Counted from the first letter of the stretch, positions 18,504-29,112 are shown. The stretch: DNA of 64,000 nucleotides from Eubacteriales bacterium (GCA_050874385.1 JBNMKO010000003.1:5133-69132); one strand, 5' to 3'. Notes: generated by a model not told the origin, from the sequence alone. Numbers and translations are program-made.

Positions 18504-18950
18504 ATGAAAATAAGAAAAGCAGAGAAAAAGGATTTATCAAGAATAGCTGAGATTTATGTGTTCAACAACAGAATTAATTATTTTCCTATATTTAATGATG
18601 AGAGTTATTCTTTTGGCGAGATGCAGGTGGTTCCGCTGATAGATAATTATTTTGGAAAAGAAGAAATACTAAGAGATATTTATGTCTATGATGATGGAGT
18701 GGTAAAGGCTTTTATGCAGGTAAACGAAAATGAAATCTGTAAATTATATGTGGACACATGCTTTCAAGGTCGGAAAATAGGTAATAAAATGATAGAATAT
18801 GCCGTTGAAGAATTAGGCGTCAATCATCTGTGGGCGTTGGAGAAAAATACGAGGGCAATTTCGTTTTACAATAAAAATGGGTTTTATTTGACAGGGAGAA
18901 GAGAGCTTGAGGAGGGAACAACGGAGTACATTGTTGAGTTGAGACGTTGA
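18504..18950 (+). CDS. GNAT family N-acetyltransferase
   Basis: About 148 aa. Acetyl-CoA motif QGRKIGNKMIEYA and C-terminal FYNKNGF. Confidence 0.8.
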   Translation: MKIRKAEKKDLSRIAEIYVFNNRINYFPIFNDESYSFGEMQVVPLIDNYFGKEEILRDIYVYDDGVVKAFMQVNENEICKLYVDTCFQGRKIGNKMIEYAVEELGVNHLWALEKNTRAISFYNKNGFYLTGRRELEEGTTEYIVELRR

Positions 18951-19022
18951 TTTAACACTGTCAAGGAATTTCACAGCTTCTATTGTGTAGAGCAAACCAT
19001 AAGAATTTTATCAATAGAGACG

Positions 19023-19046
19023 GATTGCAAATATTTTATTTTGCAT
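19023..19046 (+). repeat. GATTGCAAATAT motif, copy c
   Basis: Exact 12-mer about 80 nt upstream of the hydrolase gene. A related GATTGTAATAT overlaps its start codon (19107-19117). Confidence 0.5.
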
Positions 19047-19115
19047 AGATTTTGAATTAAAAATTAGTTAGATGTAGGAAAAAATGTGTAATTATTAATT
19101 GAGGGGGATTGTAAT

Positions 19116-19730
19116 ATGAAGCAGATATACATACATGGTTTGGGGCAGAATGCGCGTAGTTGGGGTAAAGTAATAGAAAAATTGGGAAATTCTGAGGATT
19201 ATATATGTCCGAATTTGCCGGAGCTTGTTGAAGATGATGAGATGACATACCAAAATCTCTATTCTGCGTTTTCGGATATGTGTGATGCCATAAATGATGA
19301 GATAATTCTATGTGGAATATCATTGGGCGGTGTGCTTGCGCTTAATTATGCAATAGAGTATGCTGACAAGGTAAAGGCACTCGTTTTGATTGCCGCACAA
19401 TATAAAATGCCAAAGCAATTACTGAAATTTCAAAATTTGCTGTTTCGTTTTATGCCAAAATCAATGTTTAGTCAGATGGGTTTTAAGAAAAATGATTTTT
19501 TGAAGCTTTGCAACACAATGATGGACTTGGACTTTGCCAATGAGGTAAATAAAATTTCGTGCCCGACATTGATAATCTGTGGTGAGAAGGACAGCGCGAA
19601 CAAAAAGGCTTCTGCTGAACTTGCAAATATTTTGAATACAAAGTTGCAGGAAGTCCGCGGGGCAGGACATGAGGTCAATGTGGAGGCACCGGAGGAGCTG
19701 GCGGAGATGCTTAGACATTTTTTAATTTAG
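19116..19730 (+). CDS. alpha/beta hydrolase fold protein
   Basis: 204 aa. Nucleophile elbow GISLGG and C-terminal GAGHEV (His of the triad). Confidence 0.8.
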   Translation: MKQIYIHGLGQNARSWGKVIEKLGNSEDYICPNLPELVEDDEMTYQNLYSAFSDMCDAINDEIILCGISLGGVLALNYAIEYADKVKALVLIAAQYKMPKQLLKFQNLLFRFMPKSMFSQMGFKKNDFLKLCNTMMDLDFANEVNKISCPTLIICGEKDSANKKASAELANILNTKLQEVRGAGHEVNVEAPEELAEMLRHFLI

Positions 19731-19781
19731 TGCTTGCAATAACCTTGATTTTGTGGTAAACTTTTTTCAACTTAGAGGAAA

Positions 19782-19842
19782 AGACACAAGGAGATACCCG
19801 AGGTAACGAGGGTATGACCTCCGTATAGCTGTCTTTTTTTTT
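19782..19842 (+). terminator. long imperfect hairpin plus T9: intrinsic terminator (of the hydrolase gene, or an attenuator in a carAB leader)
   Basis: AGACA..GGAG.ATACCC-loop-GGGTAT..CTCC..TGTCT followed by TTTTTTTTT (19834-19842). Confidence 0.6.
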
Positions 19843-20066
19843 GAGAAAATTTAGGAAATAATGCAAATTTATACAAATAATACATGAAATATACAATGTT
19901 TCTGAATTATTATACAATGATTTTGCATGAGCACAAAGCACTGTGAAAGCAAGACATTAAAATGCCAAGGAGCATTTTACATTCATGTTTGTATCACTTC
20001 AAAAGTGGTATGGTGATTAGTGTAAATTAGTTAAAAGTACAGATGGAAAGGATTAATGGTGGTATA

Positions 20067-21146
20067 ATGAAAGCTTTTCTGATTCTTGAGGACGGAAATG
20101 TATTTGAGGGAACCAGTATTGGTTCAACTAAAGAAGTCATCAGCGAGATAGTTTTTAATACCTCAATGACCGGATATTTGGAGGTTTTGACTGACCCTTC
20201 TTATGCCGGACAGGTGGTAGTGATGACGTATCCTTTGATTGGTAATTATGGAATATGTCGAGCAGATATGGAGTCCGGAAAACCATGGCCGGACGGTTTT
20301 ATTGTCAGGGAGTTATCCAGAATCCCTAGTAATTTCAGAAGTGAAGATACCATCCAGAATTTCCTTGAAGAAAATGATATCCCTGGTATTTCAGGTATTG
20401 ATACCAGAGCTCTTACTAAAATCCTCCGTGAAAAGGGTACCATGAACGGCATGATAACCACAAATGAAAATTATAATCTTGATGAGATTATTCCTAAGAT
20501 TAAGGAATACCGCACGGGAAATGTTGTTGACAAGGTGACATGTACAGAAAAGTATGTGCTTGACGGTGACGGCTACAAGGTTGCTCTTATGGATTTTGGC
20601 GCTAAGAGAAATATTGCGAGAAGTCTTAACAAGAGAGGCTGCAAGGTTACTGTATATCCTGCAAGAACTACGGCGGAGGAAATTCTTGCCGATAATCCTG
20701 ACGGAATTATGTTGTCAAATGGTCCGGGAGACCCAAAGGACTGCGGAACTATAATAGATGAGGTTCGCAAGCTCTACGAGTCCGGCGTTCCTATTTTTGC
20801 TATATGTCTTGGACATCAGCTTATGGCACTTGCGACAGGAGCCGATACGCATAAGATGAAGTACGGACACAGAGGAGCCAACCATCCGGTTAAGGATTTA
20901 AAGACAGGCAAGGTTTACATTTCAAGCCAGAACCACGGCTATGTTGTCGATGAAAAGACAATTTCGCCGGAGCTTGCAGTTCCAAGCTTTTGCAATGTAA
21001 ACGACGGGACAAATGAGGGACTTTCATATCTTAAAAAGAATGTGTATACAGTGCAGTTCCACCCGGAGGCGTGTGCTGGCCCTCTTGACACAGGATTTCT
21101 TTTTGACAGATTTATAGAGATGATGGGAGGTAAGAAGAATGCCTAA
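20067..21146 (+). CDS. carA: carbamoyl-phosphate synthase small (glutamine amidotransferase) subunit
   Basis: [16 protein letters not shown]-terminus. GATase triad region ([17 protein letters not shown]). Confidence 0.93.
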   Translation: MKAFLILEDGNVFEGTSIGSTKEVISEIVFNTSMTGYLEVLTDPSYAGQVVVMTYPLIGNYGICRADMESGKPWPDGFIVRELSRIPSNFRSEDTIQNFLEENDIPGISGIDTRALTKILREKGTMNGMITTNENYNLDEIIPKIKEYRTGNVVDKVTCTEKYVLDGDGYKVALMDFGAKRNIARSLNKRGCKVTVYPARTTAEEILADNPDGIMLSNGPGDPKDCGTIIDEVRKLYESGVPIFAICLGHQLMALATGADTHKMKYGHRGANHPVKDLKTGKVYISSQNHGYVVDEKTISPELAVPSFCNVNDGTNEGLSYLKKNVYTVQFHPEACAGPLDTGFLFDRFIEMMGGKKNA

Positions 21147-24100
21147 GAATAGTGATATTAAAAAAGTATTGGTTATCGGTTCAGGTCCTATTGTAATCGG
21201 ACAGGCTGCTGAGTTTGACTATGCGGGAACACAGGCATGCCGTTCTCTCAAGGAGGAGGGCATTGAGGTAGTACTTGTAAATTCAAATCCTGCCACTATC
21301 ATGACGGATAAGGATATCGCTGACGAGGTATATATTGAACCTCTCACAATCAAGTCTCTTGAGCAGATTATTATAAAGGAGAAGCCGGACAGCATTCTTC
21401 CTACACTCGGCGGACAGGCGGGTCTCAACCTCGCAATGGAGATTGCGGAGACAGGTTTTCTTGAGGAGCACAATGTAAAGCTCATCGGTACAACTGCGCT
21501 CACAATCAAGAAGGCAGAGGACAGACTTGAGTTTAAGACGACAATGGAGAAGATTGGTGAGCCTTGTGCGCCGTCACTTGTCGTTGAGAATGTTGAGGAC
21601 GGTATCGCATTCACCAACAAAATTGGATATCCTGTAGTTTTACGTCCTGCCTACACACTCGGCGGAAGCGGCGGCGGTATCGCCAACAACGAGGAGGAGC
21701 TGGTTGAAATTCTTTCCAACGGTCTTCGTCTTTCAAGAGTTGGTCAGGTTCTCGTCGAGAGATGTATCGCGGGCTGGAAGGAAATTGAGTACGAGGTTAT
21801 GCGAGACAGTGCGGGCAACTGCATCACCGTATGTAACATGGAAAACTTAGACCCTGTCGGAGTTCACACAGGAGACAGTATTGTTGTAGCACCTAGCCAG
21901 ACACTTTCTGATAAAGAGTATCAGATGCTTCGTTCATCCGCACTCAACATTATCAATGAGCTTCAGATTACAGGTGGATGTAATGTACAGTTTGCACTTC
22001 ATCCTACGAGCTTTGAGTACTGTGTAATCGAGGTTAACCCAAGAGTGAGCCGTTCATCCGCGCTCGCTTCAAAGGCTACAGGTTATCCTATTGCAAAGGT
22101 TGCGGCAAAGATTGCGCTCGGCTACACACTTGACGAGATTAAAAATGCCATTACAGGAAAGACTTATGCAAGTTTTGAGCCTGCGCTTGATTACTGCGTA
22201 GTCAAAATTCCGAGACTTCCTTTTGATAAATTTATTCACGCCTCAAGAAAACTTACCACACAGATGAAGGCTACCGGTGAGGTAATGAGTATCTGCACGA
22301 ATTTTGAGGGAGCGCTTATGAAGGCTATCCGTTCACTTGAGCAGCATGTGGACTGCCTTATAAATGAGGATTACTCGGTTTATTCGGATGAGGATATCGT
22401 CGAGATGCTTCACAGAGTAGATGACAGAAGAATTTATGTAATCGCCGAGGCAATCAGAAGAGGTGTAAGTTACGATATAATTCATGACATAACAAAGATT
22501 GATGTGTGGTTTATAAACAAGATTGCCATACTTGTTGAGATGGAAAATGCGTTAAAGACCGAACCTCTCACAAAGGAACTTCTCTTGGAGGCAAAGAGAA
22601 TTGAGTTCCCTGACAATGTGATTGCAAGACTTACAGGAAAGACGACAAAGGATATCAAGGCACTTAGAAATGAGTACGGTATTAATGCCGCATTCAAGAT
22701 GGTTGATACATGTGCGGCAGAGTTTGAGGCTACGACACCATATTATTATTCATGTTTTAAGAGTGAAAATGAGGTTATAGAGACTCACCCTGAGAAGAAA
22801 GTTCTCGTGCTTGGCTCAGGCCCTATCAGAATTGGACAGGGTATCGAGTTCGATTACTGCTCGGTTCACAGCACATGGGCATTTAAGCAGGAAGGTTATG
22901 AGACAATCATTGTAAACAATAACCCTGAGACGGTAAGTACAGACTTTGATATCGCTGACAAGCTCTATTTTGAGCCGCTGACACCGGAGGATGTTGAAAA
23001 TATCGTTGAGCTTGAGAAGCCGGACGGAGCTGTAGTGCAGTTCGGTGGCCAGACAGCAATCAAGCTCACAAAGAGCCTTATGGAGATGGGCGTTCCTATT
23101 CTTGGAACAAGTGCTGAGGATGTTGACGCAGCCGAGGACAGAGAGCTTTTTGATGAGATACTTGAAAAGTGCGCTATTCCAAGACCAAAGGGACACACAG
23201 TATTCACGGTTGATGAGGCACTAAATGCAGCACATGACCTCGGATATCCTGTGCTTGTAAGACCTTCATACGTTCTCGGCGGACAGGGAATGCAGATTGC
23301 GGTTTCCGATGAAGATGTAGTTGAGTTTATGAACATAATCAACAGACAGGTTCAGGAGCATCCTGTTCTTGTGGATAAATATATTGTCGGCAAGGAAATT
23401 GAGGTCGATGCAGTATGTGACGGCGAGGACATTTTAATTCCGGGTATCATGGAACATATCGAGAGAGCAGGTATCCATTCAGGAGACTCAATCTCAGTAT
23501 ATCCGGCACAGAGCCTTAACGACAAGGTTATCGCAACGCTTGAGGACTACACAGGCAAGCTTGCAAGAGCACTCCATGTAAAGGGACTTATAAACATTCA
23601 GTTTATCGTGAGCCATGATGATGTGTATGTAATCGAGGTAAATCCTCGTTCATCGAGAACAGTTCCTTATATCAGCAAGGTTACGGGAATACCTATCGTT
23701 AAGCTTGCAACCCGTGTCATAACTGGACATACAATAAAGAGCATGGGCTACACACCGGGACTTCAGGCAAAGGCGGACTACATTGCGATAAAGATGCCTG
23801 TGTTCTCATTTGAGAAGATTATGGGAGCAGATATCAGCCTTGGACCTGAGATGAAGTCAACAGGTGAATGCCTTGGTATTGCAAAGCAGTTCAACGAGGC
23901 CCTTTACAAGGCATTTCAGGGCGCAGGCGTGAACCTTCCAAAGCACAAGCAGATTATCATCACTGTGAAGGACGAGGACAAGCCGGACGTTGTAGATATA
24001 GCACAGCGTTTTGAGAAACTCGGCTATAAGATATATGCAACGCTCGGAACAGCCAGATACTTGAATGAGAGAGGCGTAAATGCAATCAAGGTCAACAAGC

Positions 24101-24345
24101 TTGAGCAGGAAGCACCTACACTTCTCGACCTCATTCTCGAGCACAAGATTGACCTCGTAATCGACAGCCCGTCGAACGGTATCGAGCACAGCGGAGACGG
24201 TTTCCAGATTCGCCGTCATGCAATCGAGACAGGTGTTAATGTTCTCACATCTCTCGACACAGCTCACGCGCTCATCACAAGCCTTGAAAATCAGGACCAG
24301 CAGGACATGAGCCCTATCGACATCGCGACAATCGGAACCAGATAG
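21139..24345 (+). CDS. carB: carbamoyl-phosphate synthase large subunit
   Basis: 1068 aa. Two ATP-grasp halves ([21 protein letters not shown] and [19 protein letters not shown]) and a MGS-like C-terminal domain. Overlaps carA by 8 nt. Confidence 0.97.
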   Translation: MPKNSDIKKVLVIGSGPIVIGQAAEFDYAGTQACRSLKEEGIEVVLVNSNPATIMTDKDIADEVYIEPLTIKSLEQIIIKEKPDSILPTLGGQAGLNLAMEIAETGFLEEHNVKLIGTTALTIKKAEDRLEFKTTMEKIGEPCAPSLVVENVEDGIAFTNKIGYPVVLRPAYTLGGSGGGIANNEEELVEILSNGLRLSRVGQVLVERCIAGWKEIEYEVMRDSAGNCITVCNMENLDPVGVHTGDSIVVAPSQTLSDKEYQMLRSSALNIINELQITGGCNVQFALHPTSFEYCVIEVNPRVSRSSALASKATGYPIAKVAAKIALGYTLDEIKNAITGKTYASFEPALDYCVVKIPRLPFDKFIHASRKLTTQMKATGEVMSICTNFEGALMKAIRSLEQHVDCLINEDYSVYSDEDIVEMLHRVDDRRIYVIAEAIRRGVSYDIIHDITKIDVWFINKIAILVEMENALKTEPLTKELLLEAKRIEFPDNVIARLTGKTTKDIKALRNEYGINAAFKMVDTCAAEFEATTPYYYSCFKSENEVIETHPEKKVLVLGSGPIRIGQGIEFDYCSVHSTWAFKQEGYETIIVNNNPETVSTDFDIADKLYFEPLTPEDVENIVELEKPDGAVVQFGGQTAIKLTKSLMEMGVPILGTSAEDVDAAEDRELFDEILEKCAIPRPKGHTVFTVDEALNAAHDLGYPVLVRPSYVLGGQGMQIAVSDEDVVEFMNIINRQVQEHPVLVDKYIVGKEIEVDAVCDGEDILIPGIMEHIERAGIHSGDSISVYPAQSLNDKVIATLEDYTGKLARALHVKGLINIQFIVSHDDVYVIEVNPRSSRTVPYISKVTGIPIVKLATRVITGHTIKSMGYTPGLQAKADYIAIKMPVFSFEKIMGADISLGPEMKSTGECLGIAKQFNEALYKAFQGAGVNLPKHKQIIITVKDEDKPDVVDIAQRFEKLGYKIYATLGTARYLNERGVNAIKVNKLEQEAPTLLDLILEHKIDLVIDSPSNGIEHSGDGFQIRRHAIETGVNVLTSLDTAHALITSLENQDQQDMSPIDIATIGTR

Positions 24346-24532
24346 GAAGCTCTTGAAGTTGATTGACAAGCTTGTAATGTGGAAAGTAGGCACATTGGAA
24401 TAAAATTGTAATATAACAAAACTGACAAATCATGCTTGCTATATATTGTTGGCAATGGTTGTCAGAATTGAAGTTTAGAAGGGCAATATCAATCAAGTTT
24501 TGGTTGGTGTTGTCCTTTTATGATATTATGAA

Positions 24533-24890
24533 TGTGTTGTGGGTATACGAAGTGTGAAAAATAGAAATATACCCAAAGCATAGTGGAGGCTAATTTAGCT
24601 GTGGGTATACAAAGCAATAAATTAAGAAAAAAGCCCAAGTGTCAGTTTAGAGAAAATGCTTTGTGGGTATATGAAGTGCAAAAAATAGAAATATACCCAA
24701 AGCATAGTGGAGGCTAATTTAGCGGTGGGTATACAAGGCAATAAATGAAGAAAAAAGCCCAAATGTAAATGCAGAGAAATTGTGTTGTGGGTATATGAAG
24801 TGCAAAAAATAGAATTATACTCAAAGCATATGGAAAGTAATTGCCTTTTGGGTATGTAGTGTGTAAAATATCAAATAATACCCATAGTTA
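24533..24890. repeat. 124-bp tandem repeat, about 2.9 copies, each containing TGGGTATA-N20-TATACCCA dyads
   Basis: Units start at 24533, 24657 and 24781 (period exactly 124). Perfect 8-bp arms at 24540/24568 and 24664/24692. The third unit is degenerate and ends in TGGGTA-N24-TACCCA (24849-24884). Confidence 0.85.
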
Positions 24891-24934
24891 TAAAAGCTGC
24901 TTAAAAAAATGGTATATAGGAAAGAGGAAAAAGT

Positions 24935-26467
24935 ATGAATGATTTTGACAGCATAATATTTGATGTGGATGGCACTTTGTGGGATGTGAGGGACGCGGTG
25001 GCGCTTGCATGGCGAGACGTTATCACGGAGCTTACTGACTGGGAGATAAATTTTGACGGCAAGAGCCTTGGCGCAATGTTCGGAAAGACGATGGATACAA
25101 TTTTCTTTCATTTTTACCCGAACAGCACAAGGGAGGAGTATGAGAAAATAACGGGGACAATTTATAAGAGACAGAAAGAATATCTTATAAAATATGCACC
25201 TGAGCTGTATGAAGGTGTGGCAGACACACTTGCAAAATTGTCAAAAAAGTATAAGCTTTTTATTGTAACAAACGCACAGCGCGGCTATATAGACACAATT
25301 TTTGCAGTGCATGATATTGAGAAATATTTTACTGACTGGATGTGCTTTGGGGACACAAATGCGCCAAAAGATGTCACGATAAAAAAAGTGATTGAGCGCA
25401 ACAATCTAAAAAATGCGGTTTATGTGGGCGACACACAGGGGGATGCAAATTCCTGTGAGAAGGCTGGTATTCCTATAGTGTACGCGGCATATGGTCTTGG
25501 AAATGTTGAGAAGCCGTGGAAGAGTATTGATAAGTTTGGTGGGCTTGAGGATATATTTCTTAAAGAGGATGAACATCGCATAACACAGAAAAATACATCA
25601 GGGTATAGTGTGTCTGGAAACAGTAAGTTTGAGAAAAACATCAAAGATGTTAATACATCAAATGATAATGTATCAAATAATAATATATCAGCAGTAAATA
25701 TTAAAAATACAAATCTTTCAGAAGGAAATATCACATCATCAGTTGACTTAGAGAAAAATAATAGAAAAAATCAGATATTATGTAATGATTTAGAGACGGA
25801 TAGCAATGCACAGAAAATCAACACCGTCATCTTCGACCTCGACGGAACACTTCTCTACACAATAGAGGACTTAGCCGCGAGCACCAACTATGCTTTGGAA
25901 AAGAATGACATGCCGCCAAGAAGTCTTGAGGAGGTGACGGCATTTGTCGGCAATGGTGTTGCAAAGCTTATAGAGAGAGCTGTTGTGCCAGGGACGGACA
26001 AGGAGCTTTTTGAAAAGGTTTTTGCGGATTTCAAGGAACACTACGCGGTGCACAATCTTGACCACACAAGACCATATCCGGGAATTATTGATATGTTGTC
26101 CAAGCTTAAAGAGCAGGGCTATAGTGTTGCTGTGGTGTCAAATAAGCTTCAAAGCGCAACGAAAAGTCTCTGCGAAAATTTCTTTGGAGATTTGATTAAT
26201 GTTGTCGTTGGAGACAATCCGAATATGGCAAAAAAGCCGGAGGCTGATATGGTAAATGAAGCTCTCTACAGACTTGACAGAAGCCGTGCAAATGCAGTCT
26301 ATGTCGGTGACTCGGAGGTCGACATTGAGACAGCAAAGAACGCGGGAATGAGCCTTATTATGGTTGAGTGGGGTTTTAGAAAACGCGCAGATATGGAGAG
26401 GCTTGGGGCAAAATGCTTTATTGACAGCGCAGATGGTATATTTGAGGTTTTGCATAAGTATAATTAA
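24935..26467 (+). CDS. tandem HAD-superfamily hydrolase (two phosphoglycolate-phosphatase-like domains joined by an Asn/Ser-rich linker)
   Basis: Two DxDGT motifs (IIFDVDGTLWD at the N-terminus, VIFDLDGTLLY at about aa 300), each followed by its own GD..D block. The linker (about aa 210-295) is low complexity (NTSNDNVSNNNISAVNIKNTN). Confidence 0.8.
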   Translation: MNDFDSIIFDVDGTLWDVRDAVALAWRDVITELTDWEINFDGKSLGAMFGKTMDTIFFHFYPNSTREEYEKITGTIYKRQKEYLIKYAPELYEGVADTLAKLSKKYKLFIVTNAQRGYIDTIFAVHDIEKYFTDWMCFGDTNAPKDVTIKKVIERNNLKNAVYVGDTQGDANSCEKAGIPIVYAAYGLGNVEKPWKSIDKFGGLEDIFLKEDEHRITQKNTSGYSVSGNSKFEKNIKDVNTSNDNVSNNNISAVNIKNTNLSEGNITSSVDLEKNNRKNQILCNDLETDSNAQKINTVIFDLDGTLLYTIEDLAASTNYALEKNDMPPRSLEEVTAFVGNGVAKLIERAVVPGTDKELFEKVFADFKEHYAVHNLDHTRPYPGIIDMLSKLKEQGYSVAVVSNKLQSATKSLCENFFGDLINVVVGDNPNMAKKPEADMVNEALYRLDRSRANAVYVGDSEVDIETAKNAGMSLIMVEWGFRKRADMERLGAKCFIDSADGIFEVLHKYN

Positions 26468-26504
26468 GGCAATAAAAAGGATTTTGAATTGAAATTGGAT
26501 AAAA

Positions 26505-26906
26505 TCATTTAATTCGTTCCGGCACTAGATTGCTATAATATTCAATTTTACCGGATAGAACATTGTCATAGAAGTTCTGTTTCTGGTCTATGTATGCAAC
26601 TGCCTCCTGTAGTTGCGTAATAGACTTGAGCAGGGCTTCTTTTTTGTCTGCAAGAATGACTTTGCGCTTTGGAATAGAATTTTCGCCTTCTAAGCAGAGT
26701 GCGAGATATTCTTTCATTTCAGCAATACTCATTCCACAGTTTTTCAGACAGTTAAGGCTTTGAATCCACTTGATGTCGTGTTCACTAAATACTCGATAAT
26801 TTTGACTGTTACGTTTTACATTGGGAACAAGACCTTCGTTGCAATAGAATTTCAGATTTTCGTAGGACATGTTAGTTAGTTTGCAAGCTTCTTTCATTGA
26901 ATACAC
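26505..26906 (-). CDS. MerR family transcriptional regulator
   Basis: 133 aa. N-terminal HTH (KEACKLTNMSYENLKFYCNEGLV, YRVFSEHDI) and a coiled-coil C-terminal half. GTG at 26906 or ATG at 26897. Confidence 0.85.
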   Translation of the reverse strand: MYSMKEACKLTNMSYENLKFYCNEGLVPNVKRNSQNYRVFSEHDIKWIQSLNCLKNCGMSIAEMKEYLALCLEGENSIPKRKVILADKKEALLKSITQLQEAVAYIDQKQNFYDNVLSGKIEYYSNLVPERIK

Positions 26907-26956
26907 AATACCACCTCTTGAAGTAAAAATTAACTATTATATTTTAGAAAAAACTC

Positions 26957-26987
26957 TTGACCGGTAGTAACTACCGACTGCTAGAAT
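26957..26987 (+). promoter_or_regulatory. MerR-type promoter/operator with 19-bp spacer
   Basis: -35 TTGACC (26957-62), 19-nt spacer containing the perfect 7-1-7 palindrome CGGTAGTaACTACCG (26962-26976), -10 TAGAAT (26982-87). Drives the aldo/keto reductase gene divergent from merR. Confidence 0.75.
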
Positions 26988-27030
26988 TGTAACATAAAAT
27001 GAAAACAGAATCAATAAGGAGGATTTTATC

Positions 27031-27918
27031 ATGGAATATATTACATTGAGCAATGGAATAAAAATGCCACAGCTTGGTTATGGCGTGTATCAGGTTACAA
27101 AGGACGAGTGTGAGCGGTGTGTGCTGGACGCATTAGAAGTAGGATATCGAAGCATAGACACAGCGCAGAGCTATTTTAATGAAGAGGAAGTTGGCAAGGC
27201 GATTGAAAAATCAGGAATTGACCGGAAAGAGATATTCCTTACATCAAAAGTATGGATTGAACATTTTGGATATGAGGAATGTAAGAAGTCTGTATTGGAA
27301 TCTATGGAAAAGTTGCGCACAGATTATCTTGACCTCATGTTATTACATCAGCCGTTTGGCGATACATATGGAGCATGGAGGGCATTAGAAGAACTTTATG
27401 ATAATGGAAAACTGCGTGCGATTGGTATTTCCAATCATTATGTGGATAGAATGGTTGAGTTTGCAAATTTTACAAGAATAAAGCCAATGGTGAACCAGAT
27501 GGAAGTACATCCGTTTAATCAGCAGGTACAATTAAAAGAATGGGCGGATAAATATGATATAAGGTTAGAAGCTTGGGCACCATTTGGAGAAGGAAGAAAT
27601 GGACTTTTTGAAAATGGAGTATTACAAAAAATTAGTCAAAAATACGGAAAAACAACAGCACAGGTAATGCTTAGATGGCATATTCAAAGAGGAGTGATTG
27701 TAATTCCAAAGTCTGTACATAAAGAGCGAATGATTGAGAACTTTAATGTATTTGACTTTGAACTGGATGATGAGGATATGAAGCAGATTGCGCAGATGGA
27801 TACTGCCACAAGTGCATTTTTCTCGCATCAGGATCCAGCGATGGTAGAATGGTTTGTGAAGATGGTGGAGGAACGTAAATCACAGCGTGACAGCAGCAAG
27901 GAAAAAAAGAATTGGTAA
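27031..27918 (+). CDS. aldo/keto reductase (2,5-diketo-D-gluconate reductase-like)
   Basis: 295 aa. GYRSIDTAQSY, LDLMLLHQP, IGISN, VIPKS blocks. Confidence 0.9.
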   Translation: MEYITLSNGIKMPQLGYGVYQVTKDECERCVLDALEVGYRSIDTAQSYFNEEEVGKAIEKSGIDRKEIFLTSKVWIEHFGYEECKKSVLESMEKLRTDYLDLMLLHQPFGDTYGAWRALEELYDNGKLRAIGISNHYVDRMVEFANFTRIKPMVNQMEVHPFNQQVQLKEWADKYDIRLEAWAPFGEGRNGLFENGVLQKISQKYGKTTAQVMLRWHIQRGVIVIPKSVHKERMIENFNVFDFELDDEDMKQIAQMDTATSAFFSHQDPAMVEWFVKMVEERKSQRDSSKEKKNW

Positions 27919-28030
27919 GGTAAAAACTGTGACTTTTTTGGACATGTTTAACTGTTTCTTTTCAAAAGGTAAACCATATAGAGGAGACTTTTCAAGCATT
28001 TATTAATATGGCTGAAAGGACGAGTTGAGT

Positions 28031-28879
28031 ATGGAATATGTAAAATTGAATAATGGAATAGAAATGCCGATGGTTGGTTTTGGAGTATTTGAAATTTCTG
28101 CAAAACAGACAGCACAGTGTGTGTTTGATGCAATAGAGTGTGGTTATCGTCTTATTGATACCGCGCAGGCTTATTATAATGAAGCAGAGGTTGGTGAAGG
28201 AATTCAGAATGCAATAAAAAATCTTGGTGTAAAAAGAGAAGATATTTTTTTGACAACAAAAGTATGGGTAACAGAATTTGGATATGAAAAAACAAAAGCA
28301 TCCGTAGAAGAATCAATGAGAAAATTGAAAACAGATTATATTGACCTTGTATTAATTCATCAATGTTTGTCAGATTATTATGGAGCATATCATGCCTTGG
28401 AGGATTTGTATGAAGAAGGTAAAATCAAGGCAATAGGTATTTCTAATTTCAGTGCCGAGAGAATGGCAGACATTGCAACATTTAATCGAATTGTACCAGC
28501 GGTTAATCAAGTTGAAACGCATATGTTTTGGCAACAGTACGAACTTCATGAATGGATGAATAAATATAATATTCAGCATGAAGCATGGGGACCACTTGCA
28601 CAGCATCGCCTAAAAGAAGTAATTGAAAATCCTGTGGTAAAAGGAATTGCCTCTAAATATGGAAAAACACCTGCGCAGATTGCACTTCGCCATCATGTGC
28701 AAAGGGGGATTGTTGTAATTCCTAAGAGTATACATAAAGAGCGTATGAAGCAAAATCTGGATATTTTTGATTTCAAGTTGTCGAATGAGGATATGGAGCA
28801 ACTTAAGAAACTTGATGAAAATAAATCTATGTGGGCAGAATACGACGACCCGATGATTGTACAGTATGCTATGGAATAA
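28031..28879 (+). CDS. aldo/keto reductase, paralog of the preceding gene
   Basis: About 282 aa. GYRLIDTAQAY, IDLVLIHQ, IGISNF, VIPKSIHKERM blocks. Confidence 0.9.
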   Translation: MEYVKLNNGIEMPMVGFGVFEISAKQTAQCVFDAIECGYRLIDTAQAYYNEAEVGEGIQNAIKNLGVKREDIFLTTKVWVTEFGYEKTKASVEESMRKLKTDYIDLVLIHQCLSDYYGAYHALEDLYEEGKIKAIGISNFSAERMADIATFNRIVPAVNQVETHMFWQQYELHEWMNKYNIQHEAWGPLAQHRLKEVIENPVVKGIASKYGKTPAQIALRHHVQRGIVVIPKSIHKERMKQNLDIFDFKLSNEDMEQLKKLDENKSMWAEYDDPMIVQYAME

Positions 28880-28938
28880 TGGGAAGATATTCTGATTGTT
28901 TGTTGAGGTAAAATTTTATATAGTGAAATAATATGTAT

Positions 28939-28994
28939 TTCCCTTATTTTATTATTGTGACGAAATCGCAAGGAAAATAAGGGGAATTTTTTTT
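28939..28994 (+). terminator. intrinsic terminator after the second AKR gene
   Basis: TTCCCTTATTTT (28939-50) pairs with AAAATAAGGGGA (28974-85), followed by a T8 run. Confidence 0.7.
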
Positions 28995-29062
28995 GCGTTT
29001 ATTTAAAATATGACATACTGTTGTCGTGTTTTCCATGGTAATATTATCTATGCAAAAAAGTA

Positions 29063-29084
29063 GATTGTAAATATCCGATTGACA
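29063..29084 (+). repeat. GATTGTAAATAT-N4-TTGACA motif, copy d
   Basis: 29 nt upstream of the WYL regulator start codon. GATTG is repeated 14 bp apart. Confidence 0.5.
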
Positions 29085-29112
29085 ACAGCGTTTATTATAT
29101 TAGGAGTATTTT

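Noticed and set aside
19770-19842. PyrR-binding attenuator upstream of carAB.
   Set aside because: UUAGAGGAAAAG..CAAGGAG only loosely resembles the UCCAGAGAGG..AAGG PyrR loop, which is not enough to call. It is kept only as an alternative in the leader finding.
23857-24393. 178-aa minus-strand ORF at the 3-prime end of carB.
   Set aside because: It is antisense to a strongly supported carB C-terminal domain, and its product has no recognisable features.
24533-24890. Considered whether the repeat array is a CRISPR locus.
   Set aside because: The period is 124 bp with near-identical whole units. There are no short 24-40-nt repeats separated by unique spacers, and no cas genes in the window.
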